A stretch of DNA of 64,000 nt. Source: Octopus sinensis. Taxonomy: Eukaryota. Position 1 is the stretch's first letter. Every line of letters starts with the position of its first letter. The notes beneath the pieces were generated by a model. The model searched no databases. It saw only the letters and a program-made list of their open reading frames with translations, and was not told the DNA's origin. This document shows, in pieces, positions 24,577-39,039 of this stretch. The translations under genes were made by a program, and so were the position numbers. Where the stretch lies: contig NC_043011.1 in assembly GCF_006345805.1 (NCBI RefSeq), positions 8,618,001 through 8,682,000 of the forward strand, read 5' to 3'.

Positions 24577-24795
24577 ATTGCAGTGTGGAAGGTGTTTATA
24601 AGCCATTTGAAAAACACGCAAAAACCGTCTCAAAGTGATGAACATATTTTGTTAAATTAAATTTAAATGTTGAAGTGAATCGAACGGTTTTTGTGTGTTT
24701 CTTAAATGGCTTATAAACACCTTCCACGCTGCAATTGTTTTCGTTCCAGCACACGATCTCTGATCAGGTCACTTGCTATGCAAGTACATCTCGTA

Positions 24796-24834
<39 letters not shown>

Positions 24835-25384
24835 TTGATATTCTTCCTTCCTCCCCACAGCATGTTCTGGGCGTTTTGTCGACGCACAAATATGTCGATG
24901 ATACAATAATGAAAATATCATTATTATCACCAATGTTTGGCGTGATAATACCATTATTTTGTGTTCTTTGATTCCACTTCTTCTTTTGCTGTTCTTTTCT
25001 CTTATCTTTTACCTTTTCTTTTTGTTTTGTTTTCTGTTTTTCTTTCTTTCTTTTTTTTCCTTGGGTTTTTGTTACTCCTCATTGGCACTGCTCTCTTCCT
25101 TTCCTTCTCTTTCGCTCTCTTCCTTTCCTTCTCTTTCGCTCTCTTTCTTTTCGTAATGCTTTCTTTCTTTCTTTCTTTCTTATTCTTGGTTTTGCCAAAA
25201 ATGAAAAAAATAAATCCAAAACATAAATAATAATAATAATGATAATAATAATAATAATAATAATGAAAAACCACAAAGCAAAGAATGTGTTCTGCCTCTT
25301 GTGTGCCTGTAGTTTGTGGCATGCCTAAAGGAAGCTGCATAGCATGTCTGGCTGTCTGTATGTTTGTCGTCGTCGTTGTGTGCA

Positions 25385-26160
25385 CATCACCTCACCGGCA
25401 CTGCCACCACCACCACCACCACCGCACCACTGCCATCATCTCTGTCACCACCGGTACCTCCGCCACCACCACCTCGCCATCGCCTCCACCGCTGCTGCCA
25501 CCACCACCACCACCACCACGTGTAGGGAAGTTGTGAGCCAGCTGAAGTTTGCCCCGGGGCCCTCTCTTACACCACCACTAACCCAGCACAACCACCACCA
25601 CCACTACCGCCGCCGCCATCTCTACCATTGTCACCATGGCATTCACTAACGCCCCCTGCCCCCATCCTGCCATCCTTATCACTAGCACTACCAGTTCTCT
25701 TACCACCACCACCACCACCACAGTCATCATCTCCTCCACCATCATCACCCCTTTCGCTAACATTTCCACCCTACCATCACTATTGCAATCCCCACCACCA
25801 CCACCACCACTCTGTGCCAGCAACCACCAGCACTCACTCATCACCACTACCACAATCAACATCATCACCATCATCATCATCGCCATCATCTCACTACCAC
25901 CACCACCATCACCGCTTTCGTAACATCTCCGTCCCCGCTACCATCACGCAATCACCACAAGCACCCCTCGTCACCATCCCCACCTCCATCGCCACTACCG
26001 CCACCACTTTCACTAACATCTCTATCCCCACCACCATCACTGCAATCACCCCTCGTCACCACCACCACCACCACTTTCACTAATATCTCCATCCCCACCG
26101 CAATCACTCCTCTTCACTAACCCCACCATCACCATCGCTGCCGGCACCACCACCACCATC
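25385..26160. repeat. Degenerate (CAC/CCA/CAT)n low-complexity tract
   Basis: Direct observation. Confidence 0.9.
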
Positions 26161-27054
26161 TTGCTCCATCTCGTTTACCTTAGTTGGCACAGATGTTCAT
26201 TTAACATGTAGCATCTTCTACCTTCATCTCTCACATTTTTCTTATTTTTTTCTCATTCCTCTTTCTCTACCATTTCTCTCTCTCTCTCTCTCTCTCTCCC
26301 CCTTCCCTCCCACCTCTGCCGATAAAACATTTGACAATACGAGACGCCCACAATGAGGTTTGAAACTACTGTCGGCCTCTTTGAATTATCAGTCAGTCTG
26401 ACTAGCAGAGTTCTGCGAGGAACAACATCATCGACCTGGTCTGGTGTTCTTGTGAGTTCTCTTTTGCTTTCAAACACAAAAACATAAATGATAAAACGAA
26501 AATCAGAGCCTTTTGTGACCACCCCTCCTTTAGAAAAAGAAAAAAAAAAAACTCCTTTACCCCGTAATTCCCGTTGTGATTATCTGTGTAAATAATAATA
26601 ATTAAGAATTTTAGAGAGTCTCAGTAAAGGAAATAATAATACATCTAAAGTTTCTAATTAGTTGATATAATTAAGTCAGTGTTTAGAACATAGATTTGGG
26701 GGGGGGGAGGAAACCGGGTTTCTTTTATAAATATTATAATAGAAAACTTTGGATTTAAACGAGAGCATTTAATACTTATTAGCATCGTTAAATGATGCTG
26801 CTGATGATGATGATGATGATGGCAGTGATGAAAAGTTTGGATGCAAATGCGAAAAACTTAAAAACTCAGGTAGTGTTGTAGACCGGAACTATTTTGGTTG
26901 GTAGGAAAAAAATGAGCTGCAAAAAACAAAAAAAAAAAGTGTCTGGCACTAGAGATAGTTTTTGTCACAAATTTTATTATGTTTTTTTTTTTACTTGTTT
27001 TCTTCATATTTTTGTTAAGAGATGACAGAAAGGCAGAGAGCAGAGGGTTTTAAG

Positions 27055-27089
<35 letters not shown>

Positions 27090-27804
27090 CGCTTAGATGT
27101 TATTACCTTTTGGTTGGCCTGGGTGGTAGCTGATACCATCCGTCTCTAGTACATGATTGCTTCTTTACCCTGGAAGGAAGCAAGGCATAGTTTATCTGGG
27201 CAGGATTTAAACTTAGAATGTAAAGAACAAGAACTATAATAACAACAATAATAATAGTTTCTGACATAAAGCAAGGCCAGAATTTGTGGTTTATTTTATT
27301 GAGCCCCAGAGGTATGAAAAAGGCAGTGTTGACCTCATTGAGTTTGAACTCGAATTGTAGATGTACCTTAAATAAATTATTGCCAGGTGCTTCAGCCCAG
27401 GGCTCTAACGGTTCTGCCAATCTACCACCTTAATAATAATAATAATAATGATAATAATAATAATAATAATGATAATAATGGTTATGATGATAATAGTAAT
27501 CTTTTCTGCTATAGGCACAAGGCCTGAGGTTTTGGGAAAGTGGGGTAGATGATCGCATTGAACCCGCACCCCCAGCGTAAGTAACTGGTACTTTATTTCT
27601 TTGCTTCTGAATGGATGAAAGGCAAAGTTGACCTCGGTGGAATTTGAACTCGGAAAACGTAGCAAAGGGTGAAATGCCTAGCAGTATTTCGCCCGGCATG
27701 CTAACAATTCTGCCAGTTTGGTGCTTTAATAATGATAATGCTAATAATAATAATAATAATGATGATGATTTATTTTGTTTGTCACCAGGGAAAAATATAA
27801 GAAA

Positions 27805-28193
27805 CTAGCAGTATCGCCCGGCGTTGCTCGGGTTTGTTTCGACCCTTTAGAATTTTTGAAAAGTAAAAATTTTGCATTAAGTAGCTTGTTATTCTCTTTA
27901 AGTGAACATTTTTCTGGTTGAAATACACAGAAAAATGGTGACACAGCAGTCAAAAAATCGTACAAAATAGGGATTTTCATAGAAAAAAAAAAGCACCTTT
28001 TTGATGTAAATAATTTTTGGTGTTAACATGGTCCGATTTGAATTTTTTCTTCTACGGAAGGAAGAGCAAGCCGTCTTCTATCATACTCTCAATTTTGGTC
28101 AACTTGCGCCACAGGGTCTCGAAGGAGATAGTGTTAGTTGAAGGCTACCAAACCTGCCATACACAGACAACTTCAGCTTTATATAGAGAGAGA
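27805..28193 (-). mobile_element. Non-autonomous Helitron
   Basis: The minus strand reads A|TC(tc)ntatataaagctgaag ... hairpin cccgagcaacgccggg ... CTAG|T (5' TC, 3' hairpin + CTAG, AT target). Confidence 0.8.
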
Positions 28194-29544
28194 TTAGTGT
28201 CAAAATTTACATTGGAAACTGAATGATGAAAGCAGAAAGTGAAAAACCCATAGTTTATGAATGGTGTATATATATATACATATATATATACACACACAGA
28301 CATACATATACATGGTATTTATTAAATATCGAACTAGACATAGTATATAAAAAATGTATGAGGAAAAATGTGGTGGTTTCTGATATGGAAAGATCTCCAA
28401 CTAATTTGCATATGTGTTTTTGTTATTTGTTTATTTTTAAAAAATATTTAGAATATGATATATATATTTATATTGAATTATCATTCTTTTGTTTTCTATT
28501 TTTTGTCGACTTTGTTATTTTATTTGTTATATGTGTTTTTGCTCTTAACATTATTTTTTTGTCATTTCGGTTTTTTTTTACTATTTTTATCATTATTGTT
28601 TTTGTCATTGAGAAGACATTTCCCAAAGAAATTGAATTATCGACTCTAAATGATAATTAGGAACCAGTGAATTTATGGTTCATTTTTTTTTTCTTTTTTT
28701 TTTTGTTAGACTTCTTTTTCCTTTAATTCCTTTTCTTCACCCTCTTTTTCTTCTTCATCATCATCATCATCATCTACTTCTGTGGTTTCTACCGTTGTTT
28801 CTTGTTGTTTTTTTTTCTTCATCTCCTGACATTATTCTTATTACTAGAATATAAATCAAAGCAAAGTGGTGGCTGTCACAGAGTTTTGGTAAGACAAGTG
28901 GAATTTAGTGACATCCAAGGAAATGTTATTGCATTTTTGCTTTCACAATGATGTTTGCATCAAGATATGGTCAGACTTTGATTTTGTACTTCTGAGCGTG
29001 GTGTTTGAAAGTAGGAAGGTTGATACACTAAGTACCAGTTGTGTATTGGGGGTTTGTCCTTCATCAAAGCTATTTCAATTTGGTCTTAAAAAAAGAGAAG
29101 AAAAATGAAAGAAATAGTTATTTTGAGTATGCTTATATAAGTAGGAAGAACAGAACTGGAAGATGATATTTCCCATGCCTTGGAAATGGCAGAATAACCT
29201 GGGACTTTTTTTACATGGGGTTTATAGTGAATTACCCTAAGTGGACTACCCAGCTATTAGGGAGTCTAGTTATTAATTATTTATTTGTTTATTTATCACT
29301 TTTTTTTGTAAGGTGGTCAGCTGGCAGAATTAACACGCTGGACGAAATGCTTAGCAGTATTTCACCCATCACTATGTTCTGAGTTCAAATTTTGCCATGG
29401 TCAACTTTGACTTTAACCTTTCGAGGTCCATTAAATAAGTACCGGTTACGCAGTGGGGTCGAATCCCTTCCCCTAAATTTGAGGCCTTGTGCTTGCAGTA
29501 GAAAGGATTATCATTCTTTATTTTTCTAATATTTATGTATATAG

Positions 29545-29935
29545 GTGCAGGGGCAGCTATGTGGTAAGTAGCTTGCTTCTAAACCACATGGTTCCGGGTT
29601 CAGTCCCACTGCATGCCACTTTGGGCAAGTGTCTTCTACTATAGCCTCGGGCCGACCAAAGACTTGTGAGTGGATTTGGTAGACGGAAACTGAAAGAAGC
29701 CCGTCGTATATATATATATATACACACACACACATTTTTGTCTGTGTTTGTTCCCCCAGCATTGCTTGACAACCATTGTTAGTGTGTTTACATCCCTGTA
29801 ACTTAGTGGTTCAGCAAAAGAGACCAATAAAATAAGTACTAGGCTTACAAAGAATAAGTCTTGGGGTCGATTTATTCGACCAAAGGTGGTGCTCCAGCAT
29901 GACTGCAGTCAAATGACTGAAACAAGTAAAAGAGA
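29545..29935 (+). mobile_element. SINE family A
   Basis: Same head, body and tail. Confidence 0.88.
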
Positions 29936-30536
29936 ATATAATCTTTTATTATATCCTTTAATGTTCTTATCTGTTCTAGGCACAAGGCCCAAAGTTTTTG
30001 TGGAGGGCGCCAGTCAATTAGATCAACTCCAGTACATAACTGGTACTTAATTTATTAACCCCGAAAGGATAAAAGGCAAAGTTAACCTCGGCAGAATTTG
30101 AACTCAGAACGTAAAGACAGACGAAATACCACTATGCATTTCGCCCGGCGTGCCACCGTTTCTGCCAACTTTCTACCTTAAAGAACCTTTTTTACTCTAG
30201 GCACAAGGCCTGAAATTTTGGGGGAGGGGCCAGTTGATTAGATCAACCCCAGTATGCAACTGGTACTTAATTTATCGACCCCAAAAGGATAAAAGGCAAA
30301 GTCAGCCTTGAAAAAATTTGAACTCAGAACATAAAGACAGATGAAATACCACTAAGCATTTCACCCAGTGTGCTAACATTTCTGTCAGCTCACCACCATG
30401 TTGTAGTCTCCCCCCTTCATCAATGTAAACCCCACCTGTTTTGTGTCTTCTATCTCATCGTTTGACATTTTCCTTCATGTTTTGGTCCCTTTGTGGCCAA
30501 TAGAAGAAATCATTATTATTATTATTGAGTGAGAGA

Positions 30537-31074
30537 GCAGTGCATGCCATCAAAGTGACACTGGGGTAAAATATACGAAGCCCAGTATACCCATCATGAC
30601 TACCCGTCTGATAAGGGTACACTAAGCACATGCATCACAACCATATGTGCGCGACATGGTGATCTCATATCAAGATAAACAGCACATGACCTTGCAGGTG
30701 GGGCCCTGTTAGAATTTTCTTCAGGTCGAGTAGCCCATCCCGCTCAAAAGGTCTCTGAATAAGGGTTGTTGAACGAAACACCCATGTTGCTAAACGGGAA
30801 TTATCCAAACCCTGAAGATTCCCTCTCAATAATTGGCTATGATGTTCCCCCACTACTTCTTCTCATGATCAGAGATGCACATATCGTCAGCCCCTAAGGG
30901 ACATGCTCAACTGGTTAGGGTCAAACAATTGACAAGCAAATCTGTGATATTGAGCATAATATTTGCTGTAACCCATCTTTTATACCAAGACAAAACAATG
31001 TATTAAGACAACACTTCCAATCAGTTAAGATGAGAAGCCACGAGAGCCACTGTCTGGTACTGCATCAGGGCATT
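30537..31074 (-). mobile_element. ~540-bp non-coding element flanked by (TAA)n at both ends; second copy 31096-31560, third 10527-10975
   Basis: Three homologous copies, all abutting (ATT)n; no ORF, no tRNA head, no TIR recognised. Confidence 0.75.
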
Positions 31075-31889
31075 TTTTATTATTATTATTATTATTGAGT
31101 GAGAGAGCAGTGCATGCCATCAAAGTGACACGGGGGGGGGGGGGGTAAAATATACAAAGCCCAGTATATCCATCATGACTACCTGTCTGATAAGGGTACA
31201 CTAGGCACATACATCACAACCAAATTTGCGCAACATGGTGATCTCATATCAAGATAAACAGCTCATGACCTTGCAGGTGGGGCCCAGTTAGGATTTTCTT
31301 CTGGTCGACCAACCCATTCCACTCAAAAGGTCCGTGAATAAGAGTTAAGGATGTTGAACAAAACACCCCTGTTTCCAGAAGTGAATTATCCAAACCCCAA
31401 AGAATCCCTTTCAACACATGGCTATGCTCATGATCAGAGATGCACATATAGTCAGCCACTAAGGGACATGCTCAACTGGTTACGGTCAAACAACTGACAA
31501 GAAAATCTGTGGTATTGAGCAGAACATTTGCTGTAGGCCATCTTTTATACCAAGACAAAATGTTAATATTGTTGTTGTTCTTGTATTTTGGGATGGTCAT
31601 TTTTTTCTTTCTGCCAAATAAAAACATGGACTGTACATTTGTTCTTCTCTCTTATTCTAACTCGTGTCCATTGTCTGGAAATCTTTCGGAGAGTAGAATA
31701 AGCAGAACAAAAGCACACACGAAGACGAAAAGTGCCACTAAGGAAGTCACAGATATTTGATGAAAAAAAAAAACCAAAAAGAATTACCATCCCGAAATGC
31801 AACAATGTTTCAACACACGACTTCACATCAGGGATCTTGCAACATAAATTCACAAAATTATTATTATTTATTATTATCATCATCATAAA

Positions 31890-32463
31890 CTCATTAAGTT
31901 CCACTGTCCTATAAATAGGACACTAAATGAGAACATTAAATAAGCTATATCACATTGTCTCAGTGTCCTATTTATAGGACACCAAGTATTTCCATTTCCT
32001 GCTTGAAGTAAAGGAGTTTTGATAATTATTTCTTTCATTTTAACCTGTTTTCAATCATCTGTAAAAATTTGTGGCCGATGCCAGCTTGACTGGCTTCTGT
32101 GCCGGTGGCACGTGACCTGCTGTGTTTTAGGAGACCTATTGAGTCAAGTACATCAAAATAAATATCAAATGGAAATTGTAGTTGTGATACCTGTGCCGGT
32201 GGCACGTAAAAAGCACCAACCGATCGTGGCCACTGCCAGCCTCCCCTGGCACGTAAAAAGCATCCACTACACTCACGGAGTGATTGGCATTAGGAAGCGC
32301 ATCCAGCTGTAGAAACACTGCCAGATCAGACTGGGGCATGGTGCAGCCACCTGGCTTCCCAGACCCCGGTCAAACCGTCCAACCCATGCTAGCACGGAAA
32401 ATGGACGTTGAACGATGATGATGATGATGATTCAGAAATTTAAGTCCTCTGGGACTTAACGGG
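31890..32463. mobile_element. Second copy of the 1685-1909 piggyBac-like MITE, split by an RTE 3' fragment (32068-32430)
   Basis: Near-identical to 1685-1909 on both sides of the insert. Confidence 0.75.
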
Positions 32464-33687
32464 TTCAGCATTTCTTCCAGCTCTTTACACTATGTTTTGA
32501 GTTCAAATCCCATCTCTAAGTTGAACCTTGCTGTTCACCCCTCCACTGTCAATAGAATATTACACCTGTCGAGCAATGGTGTCGCTGGAATCGATTAACC
32601 CGTTGCCCTCAAAACCTCTGGCCTGATGCCAAAACTTCAAACCGTTATTATTGTTGTTGTCGGTATCGTTGTTATTACTATTGACATTGTGTTCCCAACA
32701 GTTTCATGTAACCACTGCACACAACCGGATGCAACTGCATGTTTCTCAGGTTAGATGCATCATTGTCTCTTGTGGAATGCAGAAACTGCGCACGTCTGTT
32801 GCATCAGTTGATGCTTTGTCGCAGGATTCATTTTGTTGTCTCTGCTTGATTCTTTCATTTTGTATTTCATAAGTATGTTGTGTGTGTGTGTGTGTGTGTG
32901 TGTTTGGGACATAGCTGTCTTCTAAGTTTTGGTGCCGGCTGATGTTTGTATAAAAAGCTCATGATGGGTGCCGGCTGTTTTCGGTTGCTGCAAGACTGTT
33001 GTCTAAAATTTGGGATGTATGTGGTGGTGGTGGTAGTGGTGGTAATATGTGTGTGTGTTCAAATGATATGGCTACCTGTTCAGGGCCACCTGTTTCAGAG
33101 GACTTTTTGCTAAGGAACTGTTAGACTCCAGAAATTTCTACCTTGGAAGTGCTATGTATTGAATGCGTCGTGTGGGGGGACGGGAAGGGGGCATATTTTG
33201 CTGGTTAAGGATAGACTCTGTCAATGGTGCCCTCAGTCGAGCTTGCCTGAGTTATGTACTGGGTTTCTCAGGTGAATCTGCTTTCTGTGCACAGGTTCAA
33301 TGTCCGAACATTGCTGACTGTGGGATGGACCCTACTATGAACCAAGACTATAAAAGGGGTCCCCCAGACATCTTCCCTCGGTTGAGAAATGAAGGGAGTT
33401 TTTCTTGATCTGATGATTATAGCAAAAATAAACTATTTCAAGAATATAAATGAAAGGATTGAACACAGATATTTTTCTCTTTGGCCAAACCAGCATCTAT
33501 TTCTTCAGTGTTCTACTGTGGGCCAAAGAGTACAGCTGGCAGGGGGTACTTGCCCTTAACAGTCGAGGAATTCCTGGATCTGTGGGGTTTTTTTGCGAGA
33601 ATCTCTCATTTCAAGCCTTACCTGTGTGTGTGTGTATATAAAGGTGTGTATATATATATATATGTATATATATTACATACATATAAG

Positions 33688-33992
33688 AGAAATTTACCAC
33701 TATGTGGAAACCCTTACGCTAGAAGAAGATCCGCTATGGTCTTAACCACTAAGAATTGTTCTCTAGAAAATTTAGCAAACACCAGAAACGTAAGCGAGCA
33801 AAAAAAATGAAAATTAAGTAAAATTACGTAATTTGTTGATAATGAAACATTTGTTTATGATTAATCAATATTTTTGTTACTTTTCATTTGTCTTGCTCAC
33901 TTACGTTTCTGGTGTTTGCTAAATTTTCTACAGAAGAATTCTTAGTGGTTAAGACCATAGCGGATCTTCTTCTAGCATAAGGGTTTCCCTCT
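33688..33992. mobile_element. Foldback element with ~110-bp arms; related arms at ~55722-55850 and ~56470-56550
   Basis: ccttacgctagaagaagatccgctatggtcttaaccactaagaa ... ttcttagtggttaagaccatagcggatcttcttctagcataagg. Confidence 0.7.
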
Positions 33993-34608
33993 TATATGTA
34001 TGTAATACTATTTACTGAACCTCAGTTTTTTAATATGCTACACCACTGGTGTTAAATTGATGTTATCAAATTAATATCCAATTTTTCACCCTCATTTTAA
34101 TTTTATGTATATATATATTCATTTAGAGATAGAAGGCCCCTTCATCCCACCATATAAAAGAATTTTAATTTAAATACTTACTACTTTATAACTTGGCTAC
34201 CCGTGTTTCATGAGGTACATTTCCTGGTTCCTTAACCATTCTGTGTTTTGCTGGAACCATTCTTAAAATATAACTCCAGTCACCAGGCCCTTATCTCACT
34301 TTCTCATAGTTTGATACTATAAACTATATTTTAATGTTTTAAACAAATAAATATGTGTAAAATAGGTTCGCTGGACCCTACTGTACAAGCCATAATTTAA
34401 TTCAAATAAAAAAATTACAAAAATAAAAATAAAAAATAAAAACTTACAAAAATAAAATAAAACAAAGATGAAAATAAAAAAATACGAATAAAAATAAGAA
34501 TTTACAAAAACTATGTTCTTACATAACTTATGTCTATAAATATAAAATTAATAATATATAGGATAAAAAAATAAAAATATATACTTGTGATGATGATATA
34601 AGATAAAA

Positions 34609-34991
34609 GGAGGCGCAATGGCCCAGTGGTTAGGGCAGCAGACTCGCGGTCGTAGGATCACGGTTTCGATTCCTAAACCGGGCGTTGTGAGTGTTTATTG
34701 AGCGAAAACACCTAAAAGCTCCACGAGGCTCCGGCAGGGGATGGTGGTGATCCCTGCTGTACTCTTTCACCACAACTTTCTCTCACTCTTACTTCCTGTT
34801 TCTGTTGTACCTGTATTTCAAAGGGCCGGCCTTGTCACTCTCTGTGTCACGCTGAATATCCCCGAGAACTACGTTAAGGGTACACATGTCTGTGGAGTGC
34901 TCAGCCACTTACACGTTAATTCCACGAGCAGGCTGTTCCGTTGATTCGGATCAACCGGAACCCTCATCGTCGTAACCGACGGAGTGCTTCC
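34609..34991 (+). mobile_element. SINE family B, full length with TSD
   Basis: 12-bp direct repeat aagataaaagga at 34600-34611 and 34992-35003. Confidence 0.9.
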
Positions 34992-35744
34992 AAGATAAAA
35001 GGAATGGCAAAAAAAAAATATATATTTGAATAAAAATAGAAGCAATGACGAATAAATATTTTCGAACAAAAACTATAGCACGAATGACAAAATGCAAAAT
35101 TTACAAATGATGCGAATGATAACAATTAAAAATTTACAAAGTAAAAATAACTTAAGGGAGTTTATACAAATTGTGATGTCAAGCCGTAATTAAGAGGTAG
35201 GAGGGGCAGTAACTGGTGGAAATAGTGGGCTGTTAGAACCAAGCTCCTTGCACTGTTTGGTTATCTCCCCCTTGTGGAGAATATGACCGGGTTTTCCATC
35301 CCTGTGACATTGAGAAGCTGCACATAATCCAGTGAATCAACTGCCAGCCAACCAGCCAGCCAGCTTACCACCACCACCACAACAACAACAAGAAAATTGT
35401 GGTTTACTGCCAAAGTTATTTTTGCACACATTCTGAGGATCAGAGCATCAGAGACAAAGGACTCTCTCTCTCTCTCTCTGTCTTTTCTCTCTAATTCTCT
35501 CTCTCTCTCACACACACACACACAGGTGTGTACGTGATATAATCTATGATTCTTATGTTTGTAAATCATAAGATATAGGATTTCACAGCTGAATTACCGA
35601 ATATATAAAAGCAACACACACAAGATACCATGATGGAATCTTGGTCGATACTATTTATGTCAAGAGGCTGTGATTTTGTGATACGTACACACACTAGCAT
35701 ATATTTATGTTGCCACTCCAAAATAATAATAATAATAATAATGA

Positions 35745-36315
35745 TCCTTTCTACTGGAAGTACAAGGCCTCAAATTCGGGGGAAAGGAGCTAAGTCGATT
35801 ACATCGATTCCAGTACATAACTGGTATTTAATTTATCGGCCCCAAATGGATGAAAGGCGAAGTCGACCTTGGCAGAATTTGCACTCAAAACCTAATGGCA
35901 GGCGAAATACCTATTTCTTTACTACCCACAAGGGGCTAAACACAGAGTGGAGAAACAAGGACAGACAAACGGATTAAGTTGATTATATCGACCCCAGTGC
36001 GTAACTGGTACTTAATTGACCCCAAAAGGATGAAAGGCAAAGTCGACCTTGGCAGAATTTGCACTCAAAACCTAATGACAGGCGAAATAACTATTTCTTT
36101 ACTACCCACAAGGGGCTAAACACAGAAGGGACAAACAAGGACAGACAAACGGATTAAGTCGATTATACACTGGTGCATAACTGGTACTTATTTAATCGAC
36201 CCCAAAAGGATGAAAGGCAAAGTCGACCTCAGTGGAATTTGAACTCAGAACGTAGCGGCAGGCAAAACATCGCTAAGCATTTCGCCTGGCATGCTAACAA
36301 TTCTGCCAACTTGCT
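35745..36315 (-). mobile_element. SINE family C trimer (head-body-tailA-body-tailA-body-tailB)
   Basis: Three copies of gaccccaaaaggatgaaaggcaaagtcgacc with a repeated junction (t)atttctttactacccacaagggg. Confidence 0.75.
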
Positions 36316-37377
36316 ACCTTAATAATAATAATAATAATTTATTCTTTTCTACTCTAGGCAAAAGGCCCAATCATAGGCACCGGTGTGGCTGTGTGGTAAG
36401 TAGCTTGCTTCCCAACCACATGGTTCTGGGTTCAGTCCCACTGCGTGGCACCTTTGGCATGTGTCTTCTACTATAGCCTCGAGTCAACCAAAGCCTTATG
36501 AGCGGATTTGGTAGATGGAAACTGAAAGAAGCCCACCATGTGTGTGTGTGTGTGTGTAAACATATATATGTGTATATTTACATAAATGTTGATATTTTGC
36601 TTCTGGGTATTTGGACAAAGTGTTGTGGTAGTGAAATGCTTTTTTGACATTATGAGTGGCAGTGCTGCTCTTTTGAAGGCCTCAGAAACATTTAAAAAAA
36701 ACCTTTCCTGATTAAACCAGTGAGGGTTGATGTCATGAAGAGTTTCCTGCCACAAAATCTTACCACAAAATCAATTCCTTTTGAAACAATGCTATTATGG
36801 TACCCCACCACAAAAAGACAAAAAAATACCCCAAAAAAACTGACATTATGCAAACAAATGATATAAAATGCATATGAATATAATGTGAGAAAGAGAGATG
36901 ACAAAAGAGCAAAAACAATTGTGTTATGGACTCCATTAGCTTACAGGTGTTTCTGCTGTAAGATGTAGTGCACTCTAAGTTGAGTGCCTGAATAACACCT
37001 TATCGCTTCATCAGAGCCTCAAATATGAAGTGCAATTTATTTGGAAAAGAATTACATTTGTGCTCTTTTACTCTTTAATCTATTACTTCTTTCAGTCATG
37101 TGACTGTGGCCATGCTGGAGCATCACCTTTAGTTGAGCAAATCAACCCCAGGACTTATTCTTTCAGTCTCTTGCCGAACTGCTAAATTACGGGGATGTAA
37201 ACACACCAGCATCGGTTGTCAAACGATGTTGGGGGGACAAACAGACACACAAACATATACACAGACATATATATATATACGATGGGCTTCTTTCAGTTTC
37301 CATCTATCATATCCACTCACAAGGCTTAGTAGAAGACACTTGCCCAAGGTGCCACACAGTGGGACTGAACCCGGAAC

Positions 37378-37740
37378 CATATAAAGCTGAAGTTGTCTGT
37401 GTATGGCAGGTTTGGTAGCCTTCAACTAACAATATCTCCTTCGTGCAAGTTGACTAAAATTGAGAGTATGATAGAAGGCGGCTTGCTCTTCCTTCCATAG
37501 AAAAAAAAATTCAAATCAGACCATGTTAGCACCAAAAATTATTTTCATCACAAAGGTGCTTTTTTCTATGAAAATCCCTATTTTTTACGATTTTTTTGAC
37601 TGCTGTGTCGAAATTTTTTGGTGTATTTCAACCAGAAAAATGTTCACTTAAAGAGAATAACAATCTACATAATGCAAAATTTTTACTTTTCAAAAATTCC
37701 AATTCTAAAGGGTCGAAACAAACCCGAGCAACACCGGGCG
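37378..37740 (+). mobile_element. Same Helitron family, both ends fused to SINEs
   Basis: Body matches 27805-28193; the 3' hairpin runs directly into the SINE-C body. Confidence 0.75.
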
Positions 37741-38189
37741 AAATGCTTAGTGGTGTTTCGTCTGCCTTTACGTTCTGAGTTCAAATTCCGCGGAGGTCAG
37801 CTTTACCTTTCATTCTTTCAGGGTCGATAAATTAAGTGCCAGTTGTGTACTGGGGTCGATCTAATCAACTGGCCCCCTCCCCCCAAATTTTGGGCCTTGT
37901 ACCTAGAGTAGAGAAGAATATGTGTGTGTGTGTGTGTGCATAAGACAGGTTGCTGCCTGATGTGTTACTGCACCAGGTGGAATGCCTACTGTTATTCCAT
38001 CTCTCTTTACATTCCGAGTTCACATTCCACCAAAGTCAACTTTACTTTTCATCCTTTCGGGGGGGGGGGGAGTCGATTAAATAAGTTCCTGTCAAACACT
38101 GGAGTCAATGTAATCGACTTGCCCTCCCCCTCCACCAATTGTTGGCCTTGTGCCATTATTTGAAACCAGTATATATGTTCATGTGTGTG

Positions 38190-38191
38190 CG

Positions 38192-38224
<33 letters not shown>

Positions 38225-38318
38225 GCTCATATATATACTTATGCATGTATATATGTTCATATATATATATATATATATATATATGCTCATATATATACTT
38301 ATGCATGTATATATGTTC

Positions 38319-38353
<35 letters not shown>

Positions 38354-38382
38354 TCATATATATACTTATGCATGTATATATG

Positions 38383-38413
<31 letters not shown>

Positions 38414-38524
38414 GCTCATATATATACTTATGCATGTATATATGTTCATATATATATAATATATATATATTATATATATATATATATATATATGCTCATA
38501 TATATACTTATGCATGTATATATG

Positions 38525-38561
<37 letters not shown>

Positions 38562-38652
38562 TCATATATACTTATGCATGTATATATGTTCATATATATA
38601 TATATATATATATATGCTCATATATATACTTATGCATGTATATATGTTCATA

Positions 38653-38683
<31 letters not shown>

Positions 38684-38830
38684 GCTCATATATATACTTA
38701 TGCATGTATATATGTTCATATATATATATATATATCTATATATATATATATATATATATATATGCTCATATATATACTTAGCATGTATATATGTTCATAA
38801 TATATATAATATATATATATTATATATATA
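38190..38830. repeat. Compound minisatellite, unit (ta)n-tgctcatatatatacttatgcatgtatatatgttca
   Basis: About 10 recurrences; a related decayed array lies at 40050-40290. Confidence 0.9.
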
Positions 38831-38836
38831 TATATA

Positions 38837-38998
38837 GCGCAGGAGTGGCTGTGTGGTAAGTAGCTTGCTTACCAACCACATGGTTCCGGGTTCAGTCCCA
38901 CTGTGTGGCACCTTGGGTGAGTGTCTTCTACTATAGCCTCGGGTCGACCAAAGCCTTGTGAGTGGATTTGGTAGACGGAAACTGAAAGAAGCCTGTCG

Positions 38999-39039
<41 letters not shown>

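Noticed and set aside
33100-33630. Possible solo LTR (TATA-like ctataaaagggg)
   Set aside because: No TG..CA termini, TSD, PBS or PPT, and no second copy in the window.
34609-34680. tRNA-like sequences with A/B boxes (SINE A, B and C heads)
   Set aside because: Each is fused to a repeated SINE body, often with TSDs; these are not free-standing tRNA genes.
36985-37020. CTGATGA on the minus strand suggesting another hammerhead
   Set aside because: No GAAA or helix III follows, so the core is incomplete.
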